NCBI GenBank assembly: GCA_951406725.2
Contig: OX597821.1
Location: forward strand, 84,134,001-84,198,000
Direction of reading: 5' to 3'
Length of the DNA stretch: 64,000 nucleotides
Origin: Octopus vulgaris
Lineage: Eukaryota
The notes beneath the pieces are model-generated. The model saw only the letters and a list, made by a program, of their open reading frames with translations. It had not been told where the DNA came from and made no database searches. The position numbers and the translations under genes are program-made. Within the stretch, counting starts at the first letter, position 1. Each line of letters opens with the position of its first letter. Below are positions 53,131-64,000 of the stretch, in pieces.

Positions 53131-55225
53131 CGAACGATTAAAGAGTTCGTTGTGCATAGAAGACTGTTCTGAGACCAATAAACTAGCAGAAATCTATGCT
53201 AAGGAATATGGTAATAGAGTGCTATAATGTGAGTTTTGAGGGACACCACCTAAAGTAAAAGAATTATAAGAGAATGGAGGAAGCAAGAACAAAGGTTATA
53301 GATTGCTAAAAATTAAAAAAAGTAGGTAAATGTGACTAATTTTGTCCTACTTTAGCCACAACTTGAACAGGAATTAAAAGAAACTGTGTGAAAGATATTT
53401 CTAACCAAAATGAAAATTAATGAGGCCAGGGATAAATATGGTATTTTGGTTCTTTCTGCCATTAATGTATTTATGTAAGATGACAGTTCTTGTAGTTGGA
53501 TTTCCTGATTTACCGGTATTTTCATCTCTATTGGAAGCTTGTTGCTATAAAGTGTTTTCTGCTCCAGCTAAGCTGCTTTTGTTTTCTCTGGTAAATTATA
53601 ATAGTATACTTATTAAAGAGATTCTTCCTGCTGTTCGAGTTGCATGTTTTGACTGAATTTTATTTTCTGTTACACTATAGCTATATTGAAACACGATAAA
53701 AAGATTTTTTTTCTTAGTATTCCTGTTGGTATCGAGGAGTGCCTTACATGCTTAATATGCTGTCAAATATAGTACCAATCCTATATATCATTTCTCTGGA
53801 CATGTGCCCATGTTTCTAGCGTAAATTTGTGTATAAAATGATATACACTCCTCGCCCCCATCAACAACAGATACAGTGACCAATATCAAACCGTTACTGA
53901 TTTTATATATACACTGATGTCGACATATTTCTTGAAATCTCCAGAATCCATGCAGACTTAATGAAATTTCGAAAATACTATCATTCTCCGTGTAACCTTT
54001 ATTCCTTAAAAAATGCTAAATATTCAATATCAAACATTGATAATTTAATTCACAAATAAAATCAAGAGTGAGCTATAATAGTATTTGTCTTCAGAATAAA
54101 TATTTCATAGAAATAATGCGCAAGTGTTTAATAAAGGGCTCAATGAAAAGAATTCAGATTTCATGATCCCTGTGTACTACAGAAAACTGCAATACAATTA
54201 TACAAAACATTTGCTCACTCAATGAGAGAGGTGATCTAATCTCATGGTGTAGACACCAGAATAAGTTTATTTGAAAAAATTGGTCTGAATTGCAAACAGG
54301 CTAAGCATTTCATGACGTAATAGCAATGGAAATAGCTGTGTAAGAAAGGTAATAATCAATAATCGTCGTAGTGATCGGAAAATTCAATCGCAAACGAACT
54401 GACCACGAAAGCAAGAGCATAATAACAAAATAATATTTAGCGACAACAGATAAATCCAACACCTAAAGGAATTAACAATTTCAGAAACTGGATATCATTA
54501 TTACAGTGAACTGATAAACGGCATAACAGAACAATAAAATTTAGGGAGATCAAACGAAACACATGCAGAGTTAATACTGACCCCAGCAATTCAGAGATAG
54601 TGAAACACACAAATGAAATCTAGCAGAAGCCAATGAAAATGTGCGATAACTTACTAAAACAGGAAACAAGAACGAAATCGACCAATGATTTTAAAGACAA
54701 AATCTGAACAAAATAAGATTAAGCGACTAACCAATATACAACAACTTAGAGAAACCGGATACGATAAAAAAATCGATTAATAATAGAAAAGACCACAATA
54801 ACAATAAAAAACACAAGAAAATCCACTGGTGGCCAATAAAAGCGAAAGGTACACACAGAGGAACGAACCTTCTTTGATGCTTGAATGAATATAAATGGAG
54901 ATTAAAAATAAAAGGAAAATGTCGCCTGACTGATGGCAGTGGCGTTTCGGTTCGAGAGTAAAACGGTTTAAATAAACAATATATACACTTTAATATATAT
55001 ACTGAGTATATTCATATACTTCCTCTATCGTTGCAAACTGTACCATTTGTATGTATGTATGTATGTATGTATGTATGTATGTATGTATGTATGTATGTAT
55101 GTATGTATGTATTTATGTATGTGTGTATGTATGTATGTATGTATGTATGTATGTATGTATGTATGTATGTATGTATGTATGTATGTATGTATGTATGAAT
55201 ATGTATGTACTTAAATAATGTGTGA

Positions 55226-55273
<48 letters not shown>

Positions 55274-55364
55274 GATGGTGTGACCCTACGTAGGTACATA
55301 CTCAATTTGAAAATAACTGCATGGTATTGCTCGAATACATGCACTTGCACGCACAGCCACGCAT

Positions 55365-55406
<42 letters not shown>

Positions 55407-55469
55407 ACACACACACACACAATCTCGCGCATACGCATAGTTATACATTCATACATATACATACATACA

Positions 55470-55632
55470 TAGGCAGGAGTGGCTGCGTAGTAAGAAGTTT
55501 GGTCCCTGGGCACAGGGTTCTGGGTTCAATCCCACTATTTGCTACCTTCGGGAAGTGTCTTCTATTCTAAGATAGGGCCGACCAAACCCTTGTGAGTAAA
55601 TTTGGTAGACGGACACTGAAAGAAGCTCGTTG

Positions 55633-55676
<44 letters not shown>

Positions 55677-55870
55677 GATGTGTGTGTATGTGTGTTTGTG
55701 ATTGCGTCTGTGTTTGGCCCCCACCAATGCAAGACATGGCGTTTCGTTTACGTTCCTGTAACTTAGGGTTCGGCAAAAGACCGATAAAGAAAGTACCGGG
55801 ATCGATTCATTCGACTAAAATTCTTCAAGATGGTACCCCAGCATGGCCGCTGCATAATGTACAAACAAAC
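55470..55870 (+). mobile_element. SINE family A (diverged)
   Basis: Homology to other copies. Confidence 0.85.
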
Positions 55871-55875
55871 TTATA

Positions 55876-55933
<58 letters not shown>

Positions 55934-56892
55934 TGTGTGTGTGTAGGGGAGAATTGCCTGCTATTTCTAGATGGCAGACAACCACATAGAGGTGTTCCTT
56001 GAGCTGTCAATAAATTATTGCTGCATGGGTGCAAATGTCTGCATGTATGCGTGTGCATACGTCTAGGAGTATGCAAGTGTATTAGTCTGTGCTGCACACT
56101 CGCGCTTGTTTGCTTGTGTGTGTGCGTATGTGTGTGTGAGCTTGTATGCATATGTAACTGTGTGCGTGTGTGTGTGTGAATAAATAAATGAAGATTGAAT
56201 TTAAATATCTTTGAGGTCCTCTTTGTCCTTTACCTTTTGTTGCCTTCAAACCCCGTTCCTTTTGATGTTAAGTAGATGCATTTTAGCCCAAAGTTCGTCC
56301 TGATAAAGAAGACTTATCGCCAAATGCTCTCCAAAGGTGACCATCTTGTCTTTTCGCCTACCAGGGATAAAAATGCTTACCGTGTCATGCTTTATTTTTG
56401 ACAGTAAGGTGTAATTTAAATGAGATTTTGCTGCTGTTTCGACCAGCTCGATCGACCACATTGAGTCACATTCGATAGCCTGTCCATAAGATTTTTTTTG
56501 TTAAAAATCAAAAGCATTGGACAATACAAACCTAAATACAGTGCCGTCTTAGGCCATGGTCACGAGGGCAATTTGCCCCAAAGCCTTACGGATCTAGAGG
56601 CCCAAATATGACCTATGTATGTTGTGGTTTGCTGTCAATATATAAATACTATAGGGCCCAGAACATTGATTTGTCCGGCAAATCCTTCCGGTTCGGGGAT
56701 CCAATTCTGATCTCTGTAAGTTGTGGTTTGCCCGGAGTGATTGGCTATAATGCTAAGACTAACGTACGTAGATGTACGGTGAATGAAATTGATAGGGGTT
56801 AGTCACGGGTGGAACATCTTTGTACATGGGTGTGCTCGCTCGATGAGAGCAAACATGGAAGGCTGAACCACAAACCCAACGATAACGACCAC

Positions 56893-57156
<264 letters not shown>

Positions 57157-57554
57157 GATTTTGGTAAAGAAAATGTCATCACCAACATCTAATAATAATT
57201 AGTTTTCCTTTACCTTTTTCCTTTTATCTTTTTTTCTTTTCTTTTCCTTTCCTTTTTTAAATCTCCTTTTCATCATTAGAAGCGAATTCCTGTTTTAATG
57301 AGGAAATCAAACTTCATTTTATTTATATCTCCTTTAATCAACTTCTCTTCCACACGAATTCACTCATTAGTGATATACTGTTAACCAGATTCGCTGCTTT
57401 AATTCACAGCTGGATGAGGATAACACAAATAACTGATCCTGAAATACAAGCCGGTACACATTCCAACGTGTGTATACATACATACATTTACATATATACA
57501 TACATACATACACACACACATACATACATACATATATACATACATACATACATT

Positions 57555-57589
<35 letters not shown>

Positions 57590-57622
57590 TACACATACAC
57601 ACATGTATATTATATATATATA

Positions 57623-57660
<38 letters not shown>

Positions 57661-57676
57661 TATATACATATATATA

Positions 57677-57732
<56 letters not shown>

Positions 57733-57904
57733 TATATATACATCCATATATAAATATATATTTATATACACACACACATGTTACATATATATTATATATA
57801 TATACATATATATACACATATATATATTTATGTACATATATATAAGTATATAGATATGTGTGTGTGTATTTGAATGCGTATTTGTGTGCGTGCGTGCGTG
57901 TGTG

Positions 57905-58192
57905 TGTGTGTGGCCAAGTGGTAAGGGTGCTGCCCTCACGATCTAGCGACCGTGATTTCAACCCCTAGACTGGGTGACACGTTACTTTCTTGAGCAAAAC
58001 GCTTCATCTCATGTTGTTCTGCGATCACTAGACGCGTGACACACCATGCTCCTGTCCAGACAACGTCGATTTGATGGAGAGAGAGTGAGCTAATGTGCAG
58101 CACGAACATTCGATCACTACACACAAATCATTTGTGAAGATCGTTCGGCAAAAGCTGAACGCACATACGTCCTTTTCGACGGGAGAGTGCAT
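57905..58192 (+). mobile_element. SINE family C variant
   Basis: gtggccaagtggtaagggtgctgccctcacg head; cttgagcaaaacgcttcatctc. Confidence 0.75.
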
Positions 58193-58193
58193 C

Positions 58194-58252
<59 letters not shown>

Positions 58253-58339
58253 GGTAATAATATATAAATATATGCATATATACATACATATATGTACATG
58301 CCTACATATATATGTATATATATATATACATGCATATAT

Positions 58340-58720
58340 GGGTACAGGACATAAAAAAAAACATTGAACACAATCAGAAACGAAAACAAAAACAAAAACA
58401 TATAAACGCACTTTTTTTCGAACAACGAAAACAACAAACAGAGAAACGAGACATACAACACAAAGAATATCCCCCTTCATCAGTTGTCCCTGTTTCATCA
58501 ACTTCGCGTTACGAAGGTAAGGACAAGATGCGACTTCGTTGAAACAGTCCTTCCCGCAAAGCAAATTAAGTAAAATTTGGAATTTTTTGCGGAGGGTGAA
58601 AGTGGTAACAAGAACAGAACAGTGAGAACAAAACAGTAAAAACAAACGGTGAGGGCTGTTAAGCCAAGACGATAGAAAAATTATTATGAACGCTAGGAAG
58701 ACGAGCTTATGAAGGAGATA
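58340..58720 (-). mobile_element. Probable Penelope-like 3' remnant, homologous to 6640-7135
   Basis: Colinear similarity with 6640-7040. Confidence 0.5.
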
Positions 58721-58730
58721 TACATACATA

Positions 58731-61598
58731 CAGTATCCCACAGAAGTATATCCATCCCTAAAAAAATTTCAGTAAAATTGCCATTATTCTGATAATATTG
58801 AAGGAAATCAAGCGAAATTTATACTGAATAAAATATTGGGTTGGTAACTAAGTTCCAGCCGTTTTTTTTTAATTTTGGAATTTATCGCATTTTTAAGTTT
58901 TGGAATATATTTCTTTCGAGAATTCTAGTTTTGAATCATTTTGGAATATATTTTGTTTTTTGTTTTTTTTATTCTAGTTAATTTTAGTTAATTTTTGTTT
59001 ATTTTCAGATCATGTCAAGTTAAGAAAAAACGAGCCCTTTCGACACCTCCTTCTTTTTGCTTTTAATCAAAGTTCTAAGGCTGCAAAAGCTGCTCGCGAC
59101 ATTTGTGCTGTGTATGAAGAGGATGCCATAGCTGAAAGAACCGCTCGTGATTGGTGTGCCAAGTTCAAAAATGGAAATTTTGACCCCAAAGACGCATCTC
59201 GTTCTGGCCGTCCGATGAAAGTGATTAAACCAACTTTTGCACGAAAATTCTCGTCAAACGACCAGGGAACTTGCAGAGAAAATAGAATGTTCCCACACTG
59301 CTATAGAGAAGCATCTTCACTCGATGGGAAAGGTTCAGAAGTATGAAGCATGGGTTCCGCATGCTTTAAGTGACAACAACAAAAATCAACGAGCCACAAT
59401 CTCCGCTGGTTTGCTTGTTCGTCACCGCTCAACTCATGGACACAAGCAACGATTTCTTTATTGAATCGTTACTGGCAACGAAAAATGGTGCCTGTACATC
59501 AATATGAAGCAGCGTAAGGAATGGCTTAACCCCGGTAAACAAGCGACACCGCGCGTGAAACAAGATCTTCATCCGCGTAAAACGATGTTGTGCGTATGGT
59601 GGGACTGGGAAGGGATTATCCATTACAAATTGCTTGAACGGAACCCAACGGTCAACGGGGAACTCTATGTTCAACAGATGGAACGACTCAGCACGGCTAT
59701 TCAAGAGAAAAGACCTAATCGTCAGCATGGAGTTCTTCTGCTGCACGACAACGCCCGCCCTCATATCGCCAATATGACCAAGGAAGCCATTCAAACGCAT
59801 GGCTGGGAAGTGCTGCGACACTCGCCGTACTCTCCTGATTTGGCACCAATGGATTTCCACCTCTTTCGATCTCTTTCAAATGCTATGCGCGGAGTTTCGT
59901 TCAATACTGATGCGGAATTGAGAGCTTGGTTAGATCAATTTTTCGAGTCGAAATCGGGTAATTTCTACCAACGAGGTTTGAAAATCTTGTTGAACGTTGG
60001 GAAGAAATTGTAAACAACAAGGGTGAATACATTATTGATTAATTAGTTGTTGTTTTTTATTAAACCTTTTTAAAAATTTAAAATTAAAAAAAACGGCGGG
60101 AACTTAGTTGCCAACCTAATATATTATACATGCAAACATACAAATGTGGAACACAAAACAAAAACCATTTTCAAAGATATGAACGAAATGTTAATTTTCA
60201 AAAGTCACAAAAATATGTGCACTCTAAAGGATTATTTGCTATATTCAATATTTAGTGTGGCTGCCCTTGCTTTCAATGACTGCGTGAAGTATTCTGGGCT
60301 TAGGGTCGACTAAATTTCTGCATATAATCGATGAAATCGACCTCCATTCATCCTGAATGATGTCTTTCAACTGTGTTACATTGCGTGGGGGGGGGGTTCT
60401 CCCCAACCTTCCTTTTCAAAACATCCTACATATGTTCTATTGGGTTTAAATCAGGTGATATGATAGACCAAGGCAATACTTTTATCTTTTTATCTGATAA
60501 AAACTTACTCGTAATCTTTAAAGTGTGTTTAAGGTCATTATCACGTTGGAACATGAGAATGTCTTCCGAGTTCCTTGATGCTTTTCAACATTGTTTTCTG
60601 CAATAAGTCACAATAAAGCCTTGAATCCATTGTTCTCTCAATAAATGTGAGTCCTACCGCACCAGCCACACTCATGCACCACCAAAGCATAACACTTCTG
60701 CCACCGTGTTTCACAGTAGGCACGGTAAGCACGGTGAATTTGTCGCTATTATCTTCACCTGGTCGTCGCCATAATCATTTTAATACCATCTGACCCAAAC
60801 AAGTTGATTTTAGTATCGTCAGTAAAATAATATTTTATTCCAAAACTCCTTCTCTTTAGGTTTCGACAAAAGAAAGACGACTTGATTTATACCTGGTAGT
60901 GAGGAGAGGCTTCCTACTGGTTCAAACTTCGCCGAACTGTTTGGGCAGATACACTTCTTGGGCCCAAGATGAAGCGGTACGATGCCTATCATCCATCACG
61001 CAACGTTGGGAGTGACGAATATCAAGCGCAGTTAAACTAGAAGGACGACCTGGACGATGTTTATTGCTCAGCCGTCCGGTAGCTTTGGACTTCTGGATTC
61101 ACTTTGGCAACTGTGTTTATTCCAATATGTATTCGTTTGCTAATTAACCTGTATCCTAAACCATTTTTGTGCAAATTAAAAATAACGTTCATCAATTATT
61201 AAAATAATTTTCTTTTTGGTGCCATTTTAATCACAATGAAGAAGATTTTCACTACGGTACACAAATCAGAATTCCTGCAGATGCAATAACAAAGACTGGT
61301 GCAAAAATGCCAGAAGAAATAATTTATTAGGATTGAAATTATCAGCAATATCTGAATTTAGGAAAAAAAGTGGATAAAATACTGAATATGGCAAATTTCC
61401 TTTAGGGTGTACATATTTTTGTAATATTTGAAAATGAATAATTCGTTCATATCTTTGAAAATATTTATTGTTTTGTGTTCCAAATGTGTATAATGTTTTC
61501 ATGTATAATATATTTTATTCAGTCTAAATTTCGTTTGATTTCCTTCGGGCAATTTTACCAAACATTTTTAAGGGTGTACATATTTCTGTGAGATACTC
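58731..61598 (-). mobile_element. Tc1-like element with long IR/DR-type terminal repeats, interrupted by a mariner
   Basis: TA|cagtatcccacagaa ... ttctgtgagatact; about 210-bp inverted repeats (58731-58835 plus 60120-60230 versus 61399-61598); PTVKHGGRSVMLW and SPDLNPIEHM on the minus strand. Confidence 0.88.
58836..60119 (+). mobile_element. Full-length mariner element, degenerate DD34D transposase
   Basis: TA|ttgggttggtaactaagttcc ... ggaacttagttgccaacctaa|TA; WVPHAL, HDNARPH and YSPDLAPMDFHLF motifs; frameshift and stop present. Confidence 0.95.
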
Positions 61599-61699
61599 CG
61601 CGTTTATCTCCCTTGTACCTTTTTCTATGTCCCTTTGATTTCCTCTCTTTCATGTTCTTCCCCTAATCCTTCAATCCCTCTGCCCCCTACCTCTCTCTT

Positions 61700-62152
61700 T
61701 TCCTTTCAGGTGACCGGTTTCTTGGCTTGAGTGCCAGCTGCGAAGCATGTTTGATATTCCTGTCTCTTGACTTTCATCTTTTATGCTCTTGCACCAAGGC
61801 TTTCACTCTATACACGGCAACTCAACTTGATAAGTCTTTATAATTCGAAAGACACCTGTTGTTATATTCTTGTTTGTATTTGTTATTGTGTAACTTGTTC
61901 TCCGTTTGTTGTCGTACACTTTCGCTTGCTTTCTCCCAAAAAATTTAATGCTCTTAGCTTACATTTTGGGGGGCAGCCAGATTTGAACAGTCTCAAGTGT
62001 AACTGCCCGAAACTTCAAGGATACTTTGGTTACTTGACTGATGAGAGGAACTTGCAAATGATTTGTCCTTGGTTTTCCTTTCTATCTTCACATCGTCTAG
62101 CTGTCCGGATATTTTATTGCCGTCTGTTGCGTTCTTGTTCAATTTTTGGATT
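61700..62152 (+). mobile_element. Probable PLE-type 3' remnant, homologous to 28800-28965 (-)
   Basis: Shares gtgtaactg.ccgaaa...tacttgactga.ga.ag; ends in (TA)n. Confidence 0.4.
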
Positions 62153-62157
62153 TTATA

Positions 62158-62217
<60 letters not shown>

Positions 62218-62221
<4 letters not shown>

Positions 62222-63400
62222 GCGGGGGGGAATTCACAAAAAAGCAAAATACGAACACAGGTGGTGTAGACAACAAACAGATGTATTAGTTTAACGCTCG
62301 GGAAGCGAAAAAGTCTTTAACGTTTTGAGCCTACACTCTTCCACAGAAAGGAACACAGAAAGAAACAAGGAGAGAAAAAAGAATGTGTAGTGGCTAGCGA
62401 TCTATCATGGCGAATGCCGGACAGTGGGGTCACACAAGAGAGCTAGGAAGAAGTGGAGATAATAAAGTAGTGGTGATCCCAAAACGAAGGTGCCCGTGCG
62501 TGTGTATAAGAGAACATGTATGTGCGTGTGGAAGAGGGCTGGTGACCTTGACGTGTGCATGTGTGTATGTGTAGGTGTGTGGATGTGGGGCAGGGCAGTG
62601 ATCAGTGCTAGTGTGTGCGTGGTGGTGTGATGTGATGTGATGTGGTGTTGTGTGGTATGGTGGTGTATGATGTAGTGGTGTGTGGTGTGGTGTGATGATG
62701 TTGGATGGTGGGGGAGGCGACTGGGGAGAGCAAGGGTGGGGTGTGGGTTAGGTTGAGAGTGGGGTAGAGGTGGGGAGTGGGTGTAAGGGATGGGGTGGAA
62801 TGGGATGGGATGGATAGAGAAGGCGGGGTTGGATTGTGTAGGGGTGGAGTTACGAGGGAGGGGTGACGATGGAGGGAGAGGGGGAAGGGAGAAAGTGGGT
62901 AGAAGGGAAGAGAAGAGAGAAAGAGAGTAGGAGTGGAGAGAAGTAAGAGTCGGAGCAAGAGAGGAGAGGTGGGTGGGAGGAAGTAGGTGTGAGAGGGAGA
63001 GAGGAGAAGGGAGGAGGTTAGATGAAGAGGGGAGGAGGGTTGAGCACATGTGGCGCAAAGGTGCGAAGAGAGAAGATTAATCCCTATTCACGGCGCAAAC
63101 GGGAGTCCGGATGGCTCCTATGCAAGGACAATCCGAACACAGATAGATGGTGCAAAGAGTCACCGGTAGAGCGGAAATGGCGCGAGACCAAGGTGTCATA
63201 ACCGAGTTGGATGTCTCGGAGGTGTTCCGCGAACAGGTCAGCCAAGCAGCGTCCCGTTTGTCGGGTGTATAGAGAAGGGCAGAGAGAGCAGGAGATGCAG
63301 TAGATGACATTGGTAGAAGTGCGGGTGAAGGGGTCGGTGATATGATAGGGTCGATGATGGGTGCCGGTGAGGAGGGCGGTGTTGGAGCGGTAAGGGCAGG
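62218..63400 (-). mobile_element. Penelope-like element 3' portion (GIY-YIG)
   Basis: STNVIYCISCSLCPSLYTRQTGRCLADLFAEHLRDI; colinear with 44003-45300; hammerhead-like motif at 62315-62350. Confidence 0.9.
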
Positions 63401-63499
63401 GTTTTAGTGTACCAAGTGATTATCGATTCAATTATAAGCTAACAAAAGCCCCTTTATTCTGTCTTCACACATAGCCTGCGCATAAAGTATAATGTATAT

Positions 63500-64000
63500 T
63501 TATTTCCTTTTTCTAGAGATAGTTGTTAGGCTCCGGATAGATGAAATATGCAGTGGAAAGCTTTACGTATTTCATCAAGATTCAGTACCTTCTCACAAAG
63601 CTCTCGTATCCCCAAAAAGGAATATCAGACAATCTCTATGGTCATGTAACACCAAACTTGTGACCTTCAAACTTACCAGATTTAAATCGATATGGACTTC
63701 TACGCTTGGAGAGTTATTGAAAGGGAAACTAATCAACATCCTCACAATATCATAGCTTCAATGAAAACCTCCATTATCCAGCTGATGTCCGAAAATGAAT
63801 AAGGGCTATTTCGTGCAAGCATGTAAACGTTTCTAGTCCCGCAGTGAAGTCGTTATGGAAACTGGAGGCGGATTCATAGAATAGTCCAATGAAAAAGCTT
63901 ATCGCGAACGCATGCGCAAACTTTTATTAAAATACATTTGGTTTTTACTAGATTAGTTTTACTGAAATGGTGTTGGTTTGTTTGCGCATCCGTAACTTGG
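63500..64000 (+). pseudogene. Tc1/mariner-superfamily (maT/DD37D-like) transposase 3' remnant
   Basis: YVFHQDSVPSHKA (QDSAPSH motif) followed by decayed PDLN.MDFY sequence. Confidence 0.6.

Noticed and set aside
54925-54960. ctgatgg...gtttcgg hammerhead-like fragments
   Set aside because: The core halves lie on opposite strands; no consistent fold.
56539-56770. Possible hAT-type MITE (cagtgccgtcttag ... ctaagac)
   Set aside because: The right end is too degenerate and no TSD was found.

Overview
Repeat-dense eukaryotic DNA with no supportable host protein-coding gene. It is intergenic or intronic. The SINE families and extreme microsatellite load resemble octopus (cephalopod) DNA; this is an inference from pattern recognition, not a database match. 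Content: several tRNA-derived SINE families, RTE, CR1/L2-like and R4-like LINE fragments, Penelope-like element (PLE) 3' ends with GIY-YIG domains, Tc1/mariner elements (one mariner nested in the long terminal repeat of a Tc1), non-autonomous Helitrons, MULE remnants, MITEs and long simple repeats. Almost all ORFs in the track are microsatellite artefacts. The most interesting signal is non-coding: a set of minimal type I hammerhead-ribozyme motifs. These are one canonical copy at 3274-3308, a three-copy fold-back at 12062-12244, a copy at 46776-46815, and core variants downstream of two GIY-YIG ORFs. Several short fold-back insertions also sit in (TA)n tracts. The PLE-hammerhead association is established in general; the specific variants and arrangements here are what merit checking. 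Repeat boundaries are approximate unless TSDs or TIRs are quoted.
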